A DNA stretch of 64,000 bases from assembly GCA_012295275.1 (NCBI GenBank), contig CM022678.1, positions 6,944,001-7,008,000 of the forward strand, read 5' to 3'. The DNA comes from Chrysomallon squamiferum (lineage: Eukaryota; Animalia; Mollusca). Numbering within the stretch: position 1 is the stretch's first letter; every line of letters starts with the position of its first letter. The notes beneath the pieces were generated by a model. The model had not been told where the DNA came from, made no database searches, and saw only the letters and a list, made by a program, of their open reading frames with translations. Below are positions 10,948-25,545 of the stretch, piece after piece. Position numbers and translations under genes: made by a program.

Positions 10948-12013
10948 CTAAAAGTCTGGTATGTGCTGTCCTGTTCTGCGTCTCGTCTTCAAGAGTAAGC
11001 CCCAAACAAACGAAAGAACTCGAGGCGCAGTCAAACGCGGCGAAGGTTCTGGAAGATCTTCCCAACTCTTCTCAGTTCTCTTGTGCGGCGAGCTGCAAGC
11101 TGAATCCTCGATGTCAAACCGTCAGCTTCGACAAGAAAACTCTCCGCTGTCTCTTGCTGGACGGACGAGTCGAAACCCCGGGGGGGACGACGGGAAGGCA
11201 GGAAATCCGATACTGAATCAGTCACGTGACGGAATGGCCGGACTCGATTTCCGGTCCGTGCTGCGCGTCACGCACGACGTGTCCGAACCGGTCGGTCTGT
11301 CGCGTTGACAGACTGAACCGACCTTCGTGCACAGATCAGCTTCAGAGTAAAAAATTGACATCGAAAGCTGTGACGGAGTGTGGGGGAAACTTCACCCCAC
11401 GGAACACGGGTGTGTCCGGTACTTGAACATCCAGCTGAAGAACCCGTCGGTGTACAAATGCAAGCCTGACTCCTCCTCCGCCTCCGCCTCCGCCTCGGCC
11501 GCTGGGTGCAAAGCAACGGGTGTGGCCGAGTGTAGGAACGGAGGCGTTTGGACGGAAAACAAATACAGAATTACTCTCGATTATTTCACTCTGACAACCT
11601 CAGACATCGACTTCAGTCTGAAAATCCCCTTGCCCCTCTGCGTGGGCGCGTCCGTCGAGGTCGTCGGAGAGACCGGCGGGGACGTGAGCAGCAGAAGCCA
11701 CCTCAAACTGAGCCTGCAGAAGTCGTCGCTGGTGCTGATGTCGATGCTCGTCATGGTCCACAATCGCGAACTGACCGTGAGCTTCCTCACGATCGGTCCC
11801 GGAATCCCGACGGATAACGAGTCGGCGTTCGGAGAGCTGCCGGGAGGCGAGTTCAATTTCACGATCGTTGTCGAAGCCGAGTGTTACGAGGTTCGGCTGA
11901 ACGGGAAGGTCTTGCACAGGTTCCGTCACCGGGCGCCGTTCGGTCTTGTCCGGGATCTGCTGATTGTGAGTCGCTTGAAACTTTCGAAAGTTCGGATCGG
12001 ATACCCGAAATAA
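10948..12013 (+). pseudogene. Apple-galectin gene 2, exon 2, disrupted as assembled (pseudogene or sequencing errors)
   Basis: Acceptor TTTTCAG at 10941-10947. The PAN and Cys modules are near-identical to gene 1. Relative to gene 1 there is -1 in the G-run 11180-11186 and +1 at 11215, giving an in-frame TGA at 11214-11216. A further shift lies near GTGTGT ~11410-11415. The C-terminus is galectin-like: GGEFNFTIVVEAECYEVRLNGKVLHRFRHRAPFGLVRDLLI...GYPK*. Confidence 0.65.
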
Positions 12014-12639
12014 GGATTTTGTTTTTGTTTTTGTTGTTTGTTGTTTATTGTTTTGTTGTTTTGTCAACGAATTGCCAAAGTGTTGATGATTCATTTTTTG
12101 ACTTCCTCTGTTTATGATAAGACATAAAGCGTTTTTCTTCTGTTGAAGTAGTTGATTTTAATGGTTTTAATTTATTTATTTATTTAAGGTGCTGGCGTGG
12201 TATTCATTGTGTTGATTTCGCTGTCGTTTGACTTTTACTGTGGTTTAAAATAAATTTAAATAAAACCCAAATAAAATTAAAACTGAATAATTAATTCTAA
12301 TAAATACATAAATACTAAATAATGAATGGATAAATCAAGTAAAATTATATACAATTATAATAAATAAATAAAAAATAAATAAATAAAAAAGGAAGAAAAT
12401 AAGTAAGAAAATAAACAATTGAATAAAGAAATTTTAAAATGATTTACAAATAATACTTATTCCATTTTCAAGATGGTTTCGATGTGCTCGGATTTCCATT
12501 CGGGACATTTCGCTTATCGACCATATTAACGAACACGTCATTGTGACGTAATGAATGGACGTGACGTCAACAATGCTCTTTTTTGACGCATTTACTTTTG
12601 TGATTGAAGCATTCTGTTCTAATTAATGGTAAGTTGTTA

Positions 12640-12694
<55 letters not shown>

Positions 12695-13001
12695 ACAGGG
12701 ACGTGCATTCATATTGATTTCCCAGTTTAACAACTGCAATAAATTGTTGGCAATTGTTACTTTTCGATGATTGTCATTTTGTTCATTCATTTATTCTTTC
12801 ATTCATTCATTCATTCATTCATTCTTTAAATTATTTATGTATTTTATCTCAAGCATATGAAAACACAACACTAAGTAAAGAAATAAGTTGATTTATTTAA
12901 TTTTATATTTTGTATAATTTTTCATATATATATATATATATATAGTGGAAAAATATGTTTACAGTAACAACATAACTGTATATACATACTTACATTCATA
13001 C

Positions 13002-13038
<37 letters not shown>

Positions 13039-13332
13039 TATCCACGCACCGCTCTTCATTTTACACGCACGCACACACGCCCATATTTACAATGAACAAA
13101 GTAAACTGAAATTATAGTTTTAGTTTGAGTTAATTCTAGTTTTGTCGATATCACAATTATGCATACGTGTATCTCTAATACTGATTTTTGTTGTTGTTGT
13201 AGTTGTTGTTGCTGCTGCTGCTGTTGTTATTTTAAATATTAAGTATCAACAAAAATAATTATAATCTTCATAAACATAATTGTATTTAATTTTATAGAAT
13301 TAATAACAGTAATCTTAAATATTATAAAATAA

Positions 13333-13367
<35 letters not shown>

Positions 13368-13795
13368 ATTACGTAATATTCGAACTTGTATTAAGTTGAG
13401 TAAGGATGTCATGTTATATTCAAGAAATAATTGACTCGATAATTAAATGAAATTACATTATAAGCAAATAGTATTAAATACAAATAAATAAATAAATAAA
13501 TAAATAAATAAACAACATCAACAAAACAGATAGACGATCTCGTAGATATATATATATATATATATACACACAGAATCTACGTGGTAATGAACAACTATAC
13601 ACATTCAAAATGGATGTTGATACAAATGACGTCACAGCAATAACTTAGATCTGTACAGAAATACTATAATTAGTAACAAAAATAGTTCATTTCCCTTCGA
13701 ATTTCAGTTCGTAATGTAAACAGTCACAGTCCATACAAATTAAAACAATAAATATCAAACGTACAGGGAATTAGAATGTTTACAGCATTTTTAAA

Positions 13796-13823
<28 letters not shown>

Positions 13824-13827
<4 letters not shown>

Positions 13828-15029
13828 CTCGGCCTTGAACTTGTGGAACTATCTTCGTCGTCATTGGTTTTAACACAGTGAAATCCGCGGAGTAATACAC
13901 AACATTCCTGCTTAAACTTCAGACTACAGAATCCGTAGATGAAAGGGTTGATAGCACTGCTGATGATGAAAGACTTCAGACTGAAATGGAATATCACCTC
14001 GCCGAATTCCGACATCGATTTCTCCATATCGTCTATCACAAACCTGCAAATGGCGACGATGACGTAAGGGAGGCAACTCACCAAGAACGTCGCAGTCATT
14101 AGAAACATTATGAACGTCGTCCGCTTTCGGCTGTACGTTCTGTTCTTCCTCTTCAGCGTGTCTCCTTGGTTGCCAGGCGACAGAAACGACTTCTTGCGAA
14201 GGATTTGCTCGCTGATGTACTTCTCCTCCACGAATTCGGGAGAACCGCCGCTCGGTTTCGCGTTGAACAGGGTGGAGTCCGGGAGCGACCCTGACCTGCA
14301 TCTCCCGGCCCCTCGGAACTTCCTCCCCCTCCAAATTCGCAACGCGATGAGGAGGTACAGGACGCACAGCACCGCAAACGTGCCGAAAAACAGCAGCAGC
14401 AACAGCGAGTAGAAAACCACTGGATAGACCGAGCCGTTCAGCGAGTCCTGAATCGAGCACTCGGTGAAGTTGCCTTGCGGCCCGGCTACGACGACCGTCT
14501 TGTTGCCGAACAGGATCACCGCGGGCCACGCGAACAGAATCCCGATGGCCACGGCGGTGACGGAGATCCACCTCGCTTGGAAGACGTTCGTGTGACGCGC
14601 CAGCGGTTGGCAGATTCGCCTGTACCGCTCCACCGCAATGGCAACGAGAATCAGACCCGAGGACACGGTCGTCACGGACCGCACCGTCCGCAGCAGCTTG
14701 CAGAAGGCCGGAAACGAGAAGCTGTAGGGCATGCGCAGTTCGGCGATGTCCACGGGTATGCAGAGGACGCAGCTGGCGAGGTCGACGGAGGCCAGAGCGA
14801 AAACGAAGGTGTTGGTGACGTTCCTGCGCAGGCGGCATCCGCAGATGAAGCAGACGAGGAGGTTGCCTAGGATACCGATCACGAGAAAGAGGCTGGCGAA
14901 AGCCACGACGGGCAAGAGGAGCTGAGATTTCTTCTCGTTGAGGTCCGTTACGACGACGGTGGTGCTGCTGGTGGTGGTTTCCATGGGAACGATGTAGCGC
15001 GGCGAATGTCGGGTCGTTGGTGACGTCAT
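13824..15029 (-). CDS. Class A (rhodopsin-like) GPCR, peptide-receptor-like (CCK/orexin-receptor-like annotation class), single coding exon, ~401 aa
   Basis: Seven TM segments: TM1 GILGNLLV, TM2 LASVD, ECL1 C, TM3 IAVERYRRICQP, ECL2 C, TM6 SCLPY, TM7 NPFIYGF. ATG at 15029 (GAAACG-ATG). Acceptor TTTTTCAG ends at 15062. Confidence 0.92.
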
Positions 15030-15202
15030 CGTTTCTTGCAAAGACGTCACATCGGTTCTATCTGAAAAAAACACACAAAAAAAACACGTTAATAATCAGA
15101 GTCAGTAATGACGTGGTAAATAACATCTGCAACAACGACGACGAACAATATAACCAAACAAATTAAGATCGAAGTACTATAATATGAGTTATGAAAGAGG
15201 GA

Positions 15203-15364
<162 letters not shown>

Positions 15365-15713
15365 CAAAGAGAAAAAAAAAAAAATTAACTGATAAAAGAA
15401 AAAATGCACGACGCACAAATGTAATAATTTACCTCGTTAAAAGTGAATTATATTAAATTTTCTCCCTGAATTGATTTTTATAACCACAACAACCACTCTT
15501 TGTTGCAACTTATTATTGTGGTTAATACTAAAATAGCAGATAAATATCATTAATGTCCTTGTTAAGCGCGTATCAAAAATACTCTGAATTTGCGGGCTTA
15601 TTTCACCGCATAACGTTAAGCGGCGGAAACTGCGGAAATGACAACTTTTAGCATTTCATGACTACAGAGAGGAAACCACTAGAGAATGGAATTGTCAGAG
15701 TTGTTTGAGTACT

Positions 15714-15802
<89 letters not shown>

Positions 15803-16251
15803 TGTTTGTGTGAGTATGTATGGGTTGTGTACACTATTCAGAAGTCGTTTCAACAAAAACAACACGCCAATGACGTCGGTAATAACTGCACCAAAGTAAC
15901 ATTTATAACAACGATAACAACTGCAGCAGCAGCAACAACAGCTGCAACAAGAACAACAAAAATAATTGCAATAATAGTAGTAGTAAGGATAATAGTTACA
16001 GTAACAATAATATTCTTAGTAGTAGCAGTCTTAGTAAGAGTAGCAGCGACAATAGTAGTAATAGTAGTAGTAGTATTAGACATCATACAACAGTGGTAGT
16101 AGACGTAGTGGTATCAGTAATAGTAGCAGTAATAGGAGCAGTAGTAGTAGTAGTAGTATTAGAAGCATACAACAGAAGTAGTAGACGTAGTAGTAGTAGA
16201 GGTAGTAGTAGCAGTATTAGTAATATCAATGGTAATGGCAGTAGCAGTAAT

Positions 16252-16331
<80 letters not shown>

Positions 16332-17273
16332 AATAAATAGTTACCTATACTAAAAAAAAAAATAATAATAAATAAAAAAAAAATTAAAAAGTGAACCACA
16401 ACTCACTAAGCCAACATAATATGAACTGCAGCAGCAGCAACAACAACAACAACAACAACGGCAGTTAAACGATCAGCTCGACAGCAAGTAATGAACAGTG
16501 TTAGTCACATACTTGATACACAAACAGACTCCTCCCTACTTCATTCAATCCATCCTCTTCGACAGAAATAATTTCTAAATTCTTAGCGAGAGGAAGACCA
16601 CTTAAAAAGATTTGCATTCCTGTTGTGACGTAGCAGATACACAGAGGTCAAACCACAGGCAAGCACACGGTTTTATCATGTGTAGAATTTTGTCTACGTA
16701 ATGATCGATTCGCTTCAATTACGAGATGATGAATATTCCCTTCAGTTAAGTAGATGATAAATAAATAAATATACGTCAAAACTTAATATTAACAGTCGTG
16801 GATGTGACTAAGGATTGAAAGAAACTGAAGAAAAGTTTACAGAAAGATTTTCACTTTAAACTGGTCTTAAAGAATATATATATAAAAAAAAAAAAAAAAA
16901 AAAATTAAAAACGTGAAAATGTTTGTCGATACGGTTTTATATGAATTAAAGCTATAAATCAATGAACGAATAAACGAATGAATGAACGAACGAATGAATG
17001 AATGAATGAATGAATTATTATTATCATCATCATCATCATCATTATGAATATGTGAAAAAGGAAAAACCGGATCCAACAGTGAACGAACGCATCGATATTC
17101 AAGTACGCCTGACTTGGTCACCGGAAAACAGAAATCATCAGAGATGTTAATGACATCGATGTAAACATGATTTTTTGGCGTATTTCACGCTTCATCACAC
17201 ATGGATGCCCACGGCTGAATGCACGCAGTCAACCTTTTCTACCCCCAGGTTTTATTTCTCGTGTGAATCGTTT

Positions 17274-17344
<71 letters not shown>

Positions 17345-18363
17345 TTAGAATATAAACGGTAGTAACAAGAACGCACATGCATCATTTACTGACAGCTTTT
17401 GCAAGTTAGGTCATGGATTTTTCAACAAAAATTAAAGTAATATTTTTTTTTTCGCTCCTTCCAGCCCTGTTACTGTTGTTTTATCACTAACACTACAGTT
17501 TTACTACTACTACTACTACTACATACTACCACCAGTACTACTACTACTACTACTACTACTACCACTACTTCTGTTGTTGCTGATATTACTACTACCACCA
17601 CCACCACTACTACTACTACCACTACTATTATTACCACCACCACTACCACTACTACTACCATTACCACAGCTATTGCAGTTTTACCTGCTACTACAGCTAC
17701 TGTCAATACTGTTGATATTTCTACTACTACTACTACTGCTATATTACTATCACTGCCACTAATAATAGTAATGATGATACTACCATTACTATCATCATAA
17801 TAGTTATTTTTATTGTTTTTCTAGTTGTTAGCACTAGTAATAGTAGAATAATATTATCTACAAAAAGTGGTAGTTGTATAGTAACAGTAGTAGTGGTAGC
17901 AGTAGTTTATTATGGTTATGATGATGATGATGTTGATAACTGTTATTATTATATATTTTTTTGCTACGTTGATAATGTTCATGTAGTGATGTTGTTAATT
18001 TATTATCGTTTTAACTGTAACTAATAAAACAACAACTACTACTACTGCTATCAAAACAACAACGACTACTACAACATCAACAGAACAATATATTTTGTAG
18101 CACACTGTGTTTGAGCATGCGCTGTGCATGCGCGCACGTACTTTTCATGGACCAGCCTAGATGGGGGAAAATTCTCAACACAGACAAAATCAAAAAATGG
18201 CGAGTTTTACGGAAACTTTCAAGTGAGGCGCGGTTGAAGAAAACCCCCGTTTTTTTTTTGTTGTTGTTTTTTTTTTCGTTATTTTCCATTTGAGGGAAAT
18301 TTAATTTTTTAGAAATACGTCAAAGGCATTTTGTTTCATTTCCTGAGATTTCAGATCTATCTA

Positions 18364-18404
<41 letters not shown>

Positions 18405-18766
18405 ATTGCCATCTTATTTTGTTGTTACCAATGTTTGAGACAAATGTATTTGAATTTTATTTCTTGTAGTTGATAGAGTTGTCGTTCTATTAATAGAAAA
18501 TCCTTAAAAAAAAACGAAAATAAAAAATAAAAATAAAAGAGTAAAAAAAAAGAGTAAAATATTAATATAAACAATAGCACCAACATCATCATGGCTACTA
18601 CACGGCTACTACTACAACGACTACTACAACATACTGCTACAACTGTTAAAAAAACCATTATTATTACCACCACTTCCAATCCTTCCGCTATACTCACTAC
18701 TATACCTACTAGTACTGATATTGCTATAATTACCATACCACTATCCCTACTGCAGTACCACTATCC

Positions 18767-18799
<33 letters not shown>

Positions 18800-19020
18800 G
18801 AAAAAACTGAAAGAAGAACAATAATAAAAATATGCGTAAACATGTCATCACTTGAATTATATAAACATAACAAAATATATATATATATATTTATATAAGT
18901 ATGTATCCACATATACCAATGACCATAGCCATATCTGAAGAAAACGTTAATTATTAATAATCTTGTTTGAAATGAATGAATGAATGAATGAAAGAGAGAG
19001 AGAAGAGAGAGAGAGAGGAC

Positions 19021-19192
<172 letters not shown>

Positions 19193-19301
19193 TAGAGAGA
19201 CGGCATTAAAAAAAAAAAAAAAAAAAAAAGAGAGCCAAAGATAACACGAGAGACTGCAAAAAAAAAAAAAAAAATGGGGGAGCTTTCTTTTTTTTTCTTA
19301 C

Positions 19302-19480
19302 CTTTTCAACCGTAGAATTCCCCAAACAACACAAAATAACTAACAGATCCAGCTACAAAAAACACAACCAAAAACAACAAAAAAACTCAATTTACTCAAA
19401 CGGACATCAGTCGCCTAAAAACACCAGCCAAAAAACTGACCAAAACTAATTCTCCGTAACAGCGCGCTGTGCTTTAATAG
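19302..19480 (-). other. Candidate non-coding 5' exon of the minus-strand GPCR
   Basis: Minus-strand AAAAG|GTAAG donor at 19302/19301 within an island of non-repetitive sequence. Palindrome GTGACGTCAC at 19555-19564 lies just upstream. The 5' boundary is a guess. Confidence 0.35.
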
Positions 19481-20432
19481 CTTCTTTCCTCTATCGATAA
19501 TAAGATATGGCCGGAAACACTTACACGCAACAATGAGGCAGCGAGAATGGCTCTGTGACGTCACGAGGACGGAAATATCCGAAGCTGGAATACTTGACGG
19601 CGGTCGCTTGCCAAACAGAACGTTTTGGCATTAATAACGTAAGTGGACTTCAAAGCTCTGGATTCGGTTTCAGTGTTCGGTGACACACAGACACATATTT
19701 GGGTCTCGTGATAAAAACTGGTGGGATGAGAGAAGGAGTTAAAAATAATAATAAAAAAGCTCTAAATAATGTTGCAAAAGACACAGAGAGAGAGAGAGAT
19801 AGGGGAAAATATTATGTCTTTGTGAGGATTTTAATTTTGTAAAATCTTGACGCGAATCTGAAACCTGGTTATTTAAGTGAGTACTGTGGGACATACGAAG
19901 TCGTTAATTAGTTGTAAAAAATACTCGACTCTGTTCTAATTCAGTTGTTCTGTGAGTTGTGTAGTGTGCGGTAATTTAGTTTCTAATGACTTCTGTATAG
20001 TGTCTTTTTTTTTTCTTTTCATTTTTTTTTAAATATTCAGTGAAACGTTTAAAATGAAATGAAATTTTGTTTTAAAGTTTTATACATATACATATGTAGA
20101 CACACACACACGCCCACGCATACGCTCATGCATGTGTGTGTATGGATAGATATATGTATATAGATGTATGTGTGTGTATGTATGTATGTCTCTATTTATG
20201 TATGTATGTACACACACATATACTTCATCTATATAGTATACATATATCTATATTATACATGTACGTATATCCATATATACATGTATAAACACATACAAAT
20301 ATGTCTATAAAAAACACATACATTTATATCTATCTATATATATATACATACATATATATTTACATACATACATATACATACATACATATACACATACATA
20401 TATATCTATATCTATATCTATATCTATATCTA

Positions 20433-20494
<62 letters not shown>

Positions 20495-21234
20495 TACAAA
20501 CATACATATACAGATACATGTCACAGTTTGTAAACTGCTATTGAATGGTCTTCAAATTATCAGTTTTGAACTGTTGTCATTTAATAAATAAAAACAACAA
20601 CAACATAGTGAAACACAATCTGTCTAAAAGGACTAGGATGTAATTTTACCACAAAACAGATTTTAATTAAATCAAGCCTCATTTTAGCTCTTCTAATATA
20701 CAGATGAAAAAAAAAAAAATTAAAATTAAAAACAAAAAAAAAAAAAAAAAATTGATTAATTAATTAATTAATTAAAAAAAACAAACAAACAAACAAACAA
20801 ACAAACAAACAAACAAACAAACAAACAAACAAATAAACAAACAAACAAATAATAAAAGAAATAAACATATAAGCGGATATGTCAGTTTGTCTGTCTGTCT
20901 CTATATATGTATGTATGTATGTATGTACGTGTTTATACTGGTTTGGATGTTAAAAAAAAAAAACATTTTGAAAAGAAAAAACAAAAACAAAAACGTTTTC
21001 CTTTAAAAATTAACAAATAAATTACTGTTACTTAACAGCGTTTACGTTTCGATGTATAAATTCTAAAGACGAAAATAAATCAGTGCACATAAATCTTGTA
21101 CTTTAGACACCAATGAGTTTTAAAAAATTCCCAGTTAATTTAATTCTATTTTTTTGTGTTATTTGAGACGGCAGGATAAAAGTAAAAACTGGCAATTATC
21201 TTAAAACACTAGCTTCAACCGGTATCAAGCATAT

Positions 21235-21655
21235 ATACATACATACATACATACATACATACACACACACGCGTACGTACATACACACATACATACACAC
21301 ACACATACATACATACATATATACATATATACATACATACATACATACACACACATACATACATACATACATACACACACACACATACATACATACATAT
21401 ATACATGCATACATATATACATACACACACATACATACATACATACATACACACACATACATGCATACATATACACATAAACACATACATACATACATAC
21501 ATACATACACACACATACATACATATATACATGCATACATATATACATACATACATACATACACACACACACATACATACACACACATACACACACATAC
21601 ATACATACATACATACATACATACATACATACATACATACACACATATACATATA
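21235..21655. repeat. Compound (TACA)n/(CA)n microsatellite
   Basis: Directly visible ACAT/AC repeats. Confidence 0.95.
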
Positions 21656-21924
21656 TATTCTATATTGTACGTTCCTATACTAAAAATTATATACTTAATT
21701 TAATAAGAATGATAAAACATTTTGTCGTTACCTCAATTTTCCAGTATGGTTACGTGTACACATTACTCTGGAACAAGTGATGAGTTCCTTTTGTAAAATT
21801 AAGCGTAAACTTTGCGACATCTGAACATTCTCGATTAGTTCTGTCTGACCTCTTTTCACCCATTCCAAACACGTTACTCTCAGTTACAAACACAGTGTCA
21901 ATTTCTGTGCGTGTGTATTTGTTC

Positions 21925-22021
<97 letters not shown>

Positions 22022-22391
22022 CATATATATACACACACGCACGCAGACACACACACACACGCACCCACGCACCCACACGATAATCAACCGTTAAAGGGAA
22101 TATGAACTATGGTTGCTCGTTCTGAAGTCAAAAGTCGTGACAGAGTTTTCAATTGACAGAAGACAAATTCGACAGAACAGAAACGTTTCGAGAAATACGA
22201 TAGCGCAGCATCTGAAGTTTATTTGCTTCTGAACTGATCGTATCAAACTGAGATGGTTTTCATTGTCTGGTCAGATAAATATCAGATTTCTGTACTAGAC
22301 ACCACGCCCGTTTTAATTGTCGTATCCATCATGACAAATCAAGATTTTTATTTATTTATTTATTTATTTATTTATGTATTTATTTATCAGT

Positions 22392-22426
<35 letters not shown>

Positions 22427-22431
22427 TCAGT

Positions 22432-22462
<31 letters not shown>

Positions 22463-22806
22463 TGATTTCTGTTTATTTATTTACACGCAAAGACACACAC
22501 ACATACACACACACACACACGAAAGAAAGGTACACATGCACACATACATACAGAAACATGCGGGAATAGTAGTGGTTGTGGCAGTAGTAACAGTAACAGT
22601 AGCAGTAGTAGTAGTAGTAGTTGCAGAAGCAGTAGTAGTAGTAATAGTTGTAATCATGGTTGGAGTAGTAGTCGTAGTAGTTATAGAAACAGTTGTAAAA
22701 ACTGAATTAGTAATGTTAACTGAAGAAGTAGAAATAACATCGCCATAACTACACTGAGGCAAATGAGGCAAACGCCTCATATCGAAATTGACGATTTTCT
22801 TTCTTT

Positions 22807-22844
<38 letters not shown>

Positions 22845-23075
22845 TTTTATTTAAAAATATAAAATATACATCTCTATTCCGATAGAAACGATATCAACCG
22901 AATGAATTCGCTTATTGTCTACGGTTACCGTTTGAAGTCTACCGACATGGTTGCAATGAAAGACGTAACTGACTTCAAAGAAATCAGGTTTTTTTTTTGC
23001 CTCATTTTAAAAAGAGTCTAGTTACGACCATGAATAATCTACATAATTGAAATACTATTAGCAGAAACAGTAGTC

Positions 23076-23113
<38 letters not shown>

Positions 23114-23665
23114 GTTGTTGTTATTGTTGTCATCATCATCATTATTACGATTATCATCATTTACTTACTTATTAACTGATATATCTAAGTTGATATATCT
23201 CTCTATATATATATGTATGTATGTGTATATACATATATATATATATATAGATAGATATATCAACTTTTTTCTTTCTGTTTACAATTCAAATTGTATATAC
23301 CTACTAATCTGCTGAAAGTTAACAAAAAACACGGTGTACTTATAATAATACACCTCTGACGTAGTTACGTCTTCTAATGACCTTCACCTTGAAGTATTTA
23401 TTTTTCTGATCGCACGATATTAGTAAACAGTTTATGCGTGGCTAATTCAACAACTATCAGCATACAATAACAAATATTTGATGTCAACGCTATAAATAAA
23501 TATCCTATTATAATAATAAAATATGTTTTTGTTTGTATGAATACAATTGCGTTCTTAGAAAATATTTATTAGCTGGTTGTTTTTAAGTTAGTGAAGTGAA
23601 TAAAACGATTATCTTCAAATAGTAATAACTTATTTTATTTTTTATTATATATATATACACACACA

Positions 23666-23711
<46 letters not shown>

Positions 23712-23792
23712 TATTTGCGGATTCACATATATATATTTTATTTATTTATTTATTTTATTAATTTTAAAAACATTTTATTTATTTGCTTAATT

Positions 23793-23833
<41 letters not shown>

Positions 23834-24224
23834 GTTTACGGATTTGTTAGTGTGTGTGCGTGCGTGTACGAGTGCGTATCTGCATATGTTCCGGAATATT
23901 ATTAACCTATTATACTGAGAGAGTTAAAATTATGCACATTTTATAGTCGTTACAAACAAACTGTATCAGTTATTAGCCACGTGCTTGCTTTTATCTATTA
24001 TGCGAAGCAACAAAAACATATTCAATAAATAAATAAATAAATTAATAAATAAATTAAATAAATTAATTAATTAATTAATAACGAGGAGAAGAAGAAGTTG
24101 AAAAGAACAACATCAACAACAATAACAACACCAAAAACAACAACGACAACAACAACAACAATACTAATAGCACTAATAATAATAATAATAATAATAATAA
24201 AAACAACAACAACAAATATAACCC

Positions 24225-24265
<41 letters not shown>

Positions 24266-24373
24266 CATAAAAATAACAAAAAAAAAATAACAATAACACA
24301 ATTAAAAAATAAGAAAGAAAATAATTTTAAAACCTAAATAAACAAAAAAAAATACAAAACAATAAAAACTTAC

Positions 24374-24510
24374 CTATGGAAATAACCACTACGCCTTTTC
24401 TAACTAAATAAACTATTTGTATCTGCCACTTCTGACGTTTGTATCTAATTGATCGTTCATCGTTATCGGATCTAAAACGTAACTGCTGCGCTGACTTACG
24501 CGTTTTCTAA
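24374..24510 (-). other. Candidate non-coding 5' exon (minus strand) with upstream TATA
   Basis: Perfect TAG|GTAAGT donor at 24374/24373. TATAAA on the minus strand at 24531-24536. Confidence 0.3.
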
Positions 24511-24809
24511 ACTCTCGTTGTTTTAAATAGTTTATAGCGCACTCGGGTATCTTACTTATCTGTGTCTCTCCCGTGTCAGGTGTATTACTACTTTAAGATA
24601 TGTGACACACAATTAGCTTTATCTCTTCAGCCTGTGTGTGGATGTATATGTGTGTGTGTGTGTATGGGGGGAATGCTGGTGTGTATGTACGTCTCGTATA
24701 TATGCGTGTGTGAGTGTTTTTATGTATGTATGTATGTGTGTGAGTGTGTTTGCAAGGTGAGTGTGTTTATATGTTTGTATATGTGTGGTGTGTATATGCA
24801 GGTGTGTGT

Positions 24810-24879
<70 letters not shown>

Positions 24880-25473
24880 AAGGGTTGATTAAAAATAATA
24901 GCTAAACAAACAAGTAGAATGCAGATAGTCAGGTTAACAGAGATAATCTAGTAGATATATTGACAGGTACATAAAAATATATTTACGAAATGATTATATA
25001 TATATATATATATAAACGCATGCAAACACACACGCGTACACACACACACACGCACGCACACTTACTTTGTACAACGCTGTCTCAGCTACTAAAAACACTT
25101 CGATCCACACAGAGAGAAGGTTGTTTACACGAATCCACAAAAAAAAAATTCACATACGAAATCCCAAACGATAACAATCACAGCGTCACACGAAACCTTC
25201 ACGACACAAACATATATATATATAAGTCCTCTCCTTTTTCTTTTCTTTTTTTTTATAATCTCAGTCGTATCTACTTACGTTACAATCAGCTACAACAACG
25301 GTATAAAAGCACGCAGACTTGCGCAATGAGAAATGGGTCAGACGCACAAAAGATCTTTCACTTCGATTACAAAAAGGATTTGACGTTTCTGCTTCGACCT
25401 TTTTTGCTTACATGTGGATTTGTTTTCACACCGTTCACTGCGGGTTCACTGCTAAGATTAATGTGAGCGAGCG

Positions 25474-25545
<72 letters not shown>

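Noticed and set aside
11214-11216. In-frame TGA as selenocysteine or readthrough
   Set aside because: It arises from an indel pair relative to the paralogue, does not align with a Cys, and a further frameshift follows. No SECIS was recognised.
13924-14925. Long alternative-frame and antisense ORFs over GPCR1 (also over GPCR2 and the LRR genes)
   Set aside because: These are the expected shadows of GC3-rich coding sequence and show no recognisable motifs.
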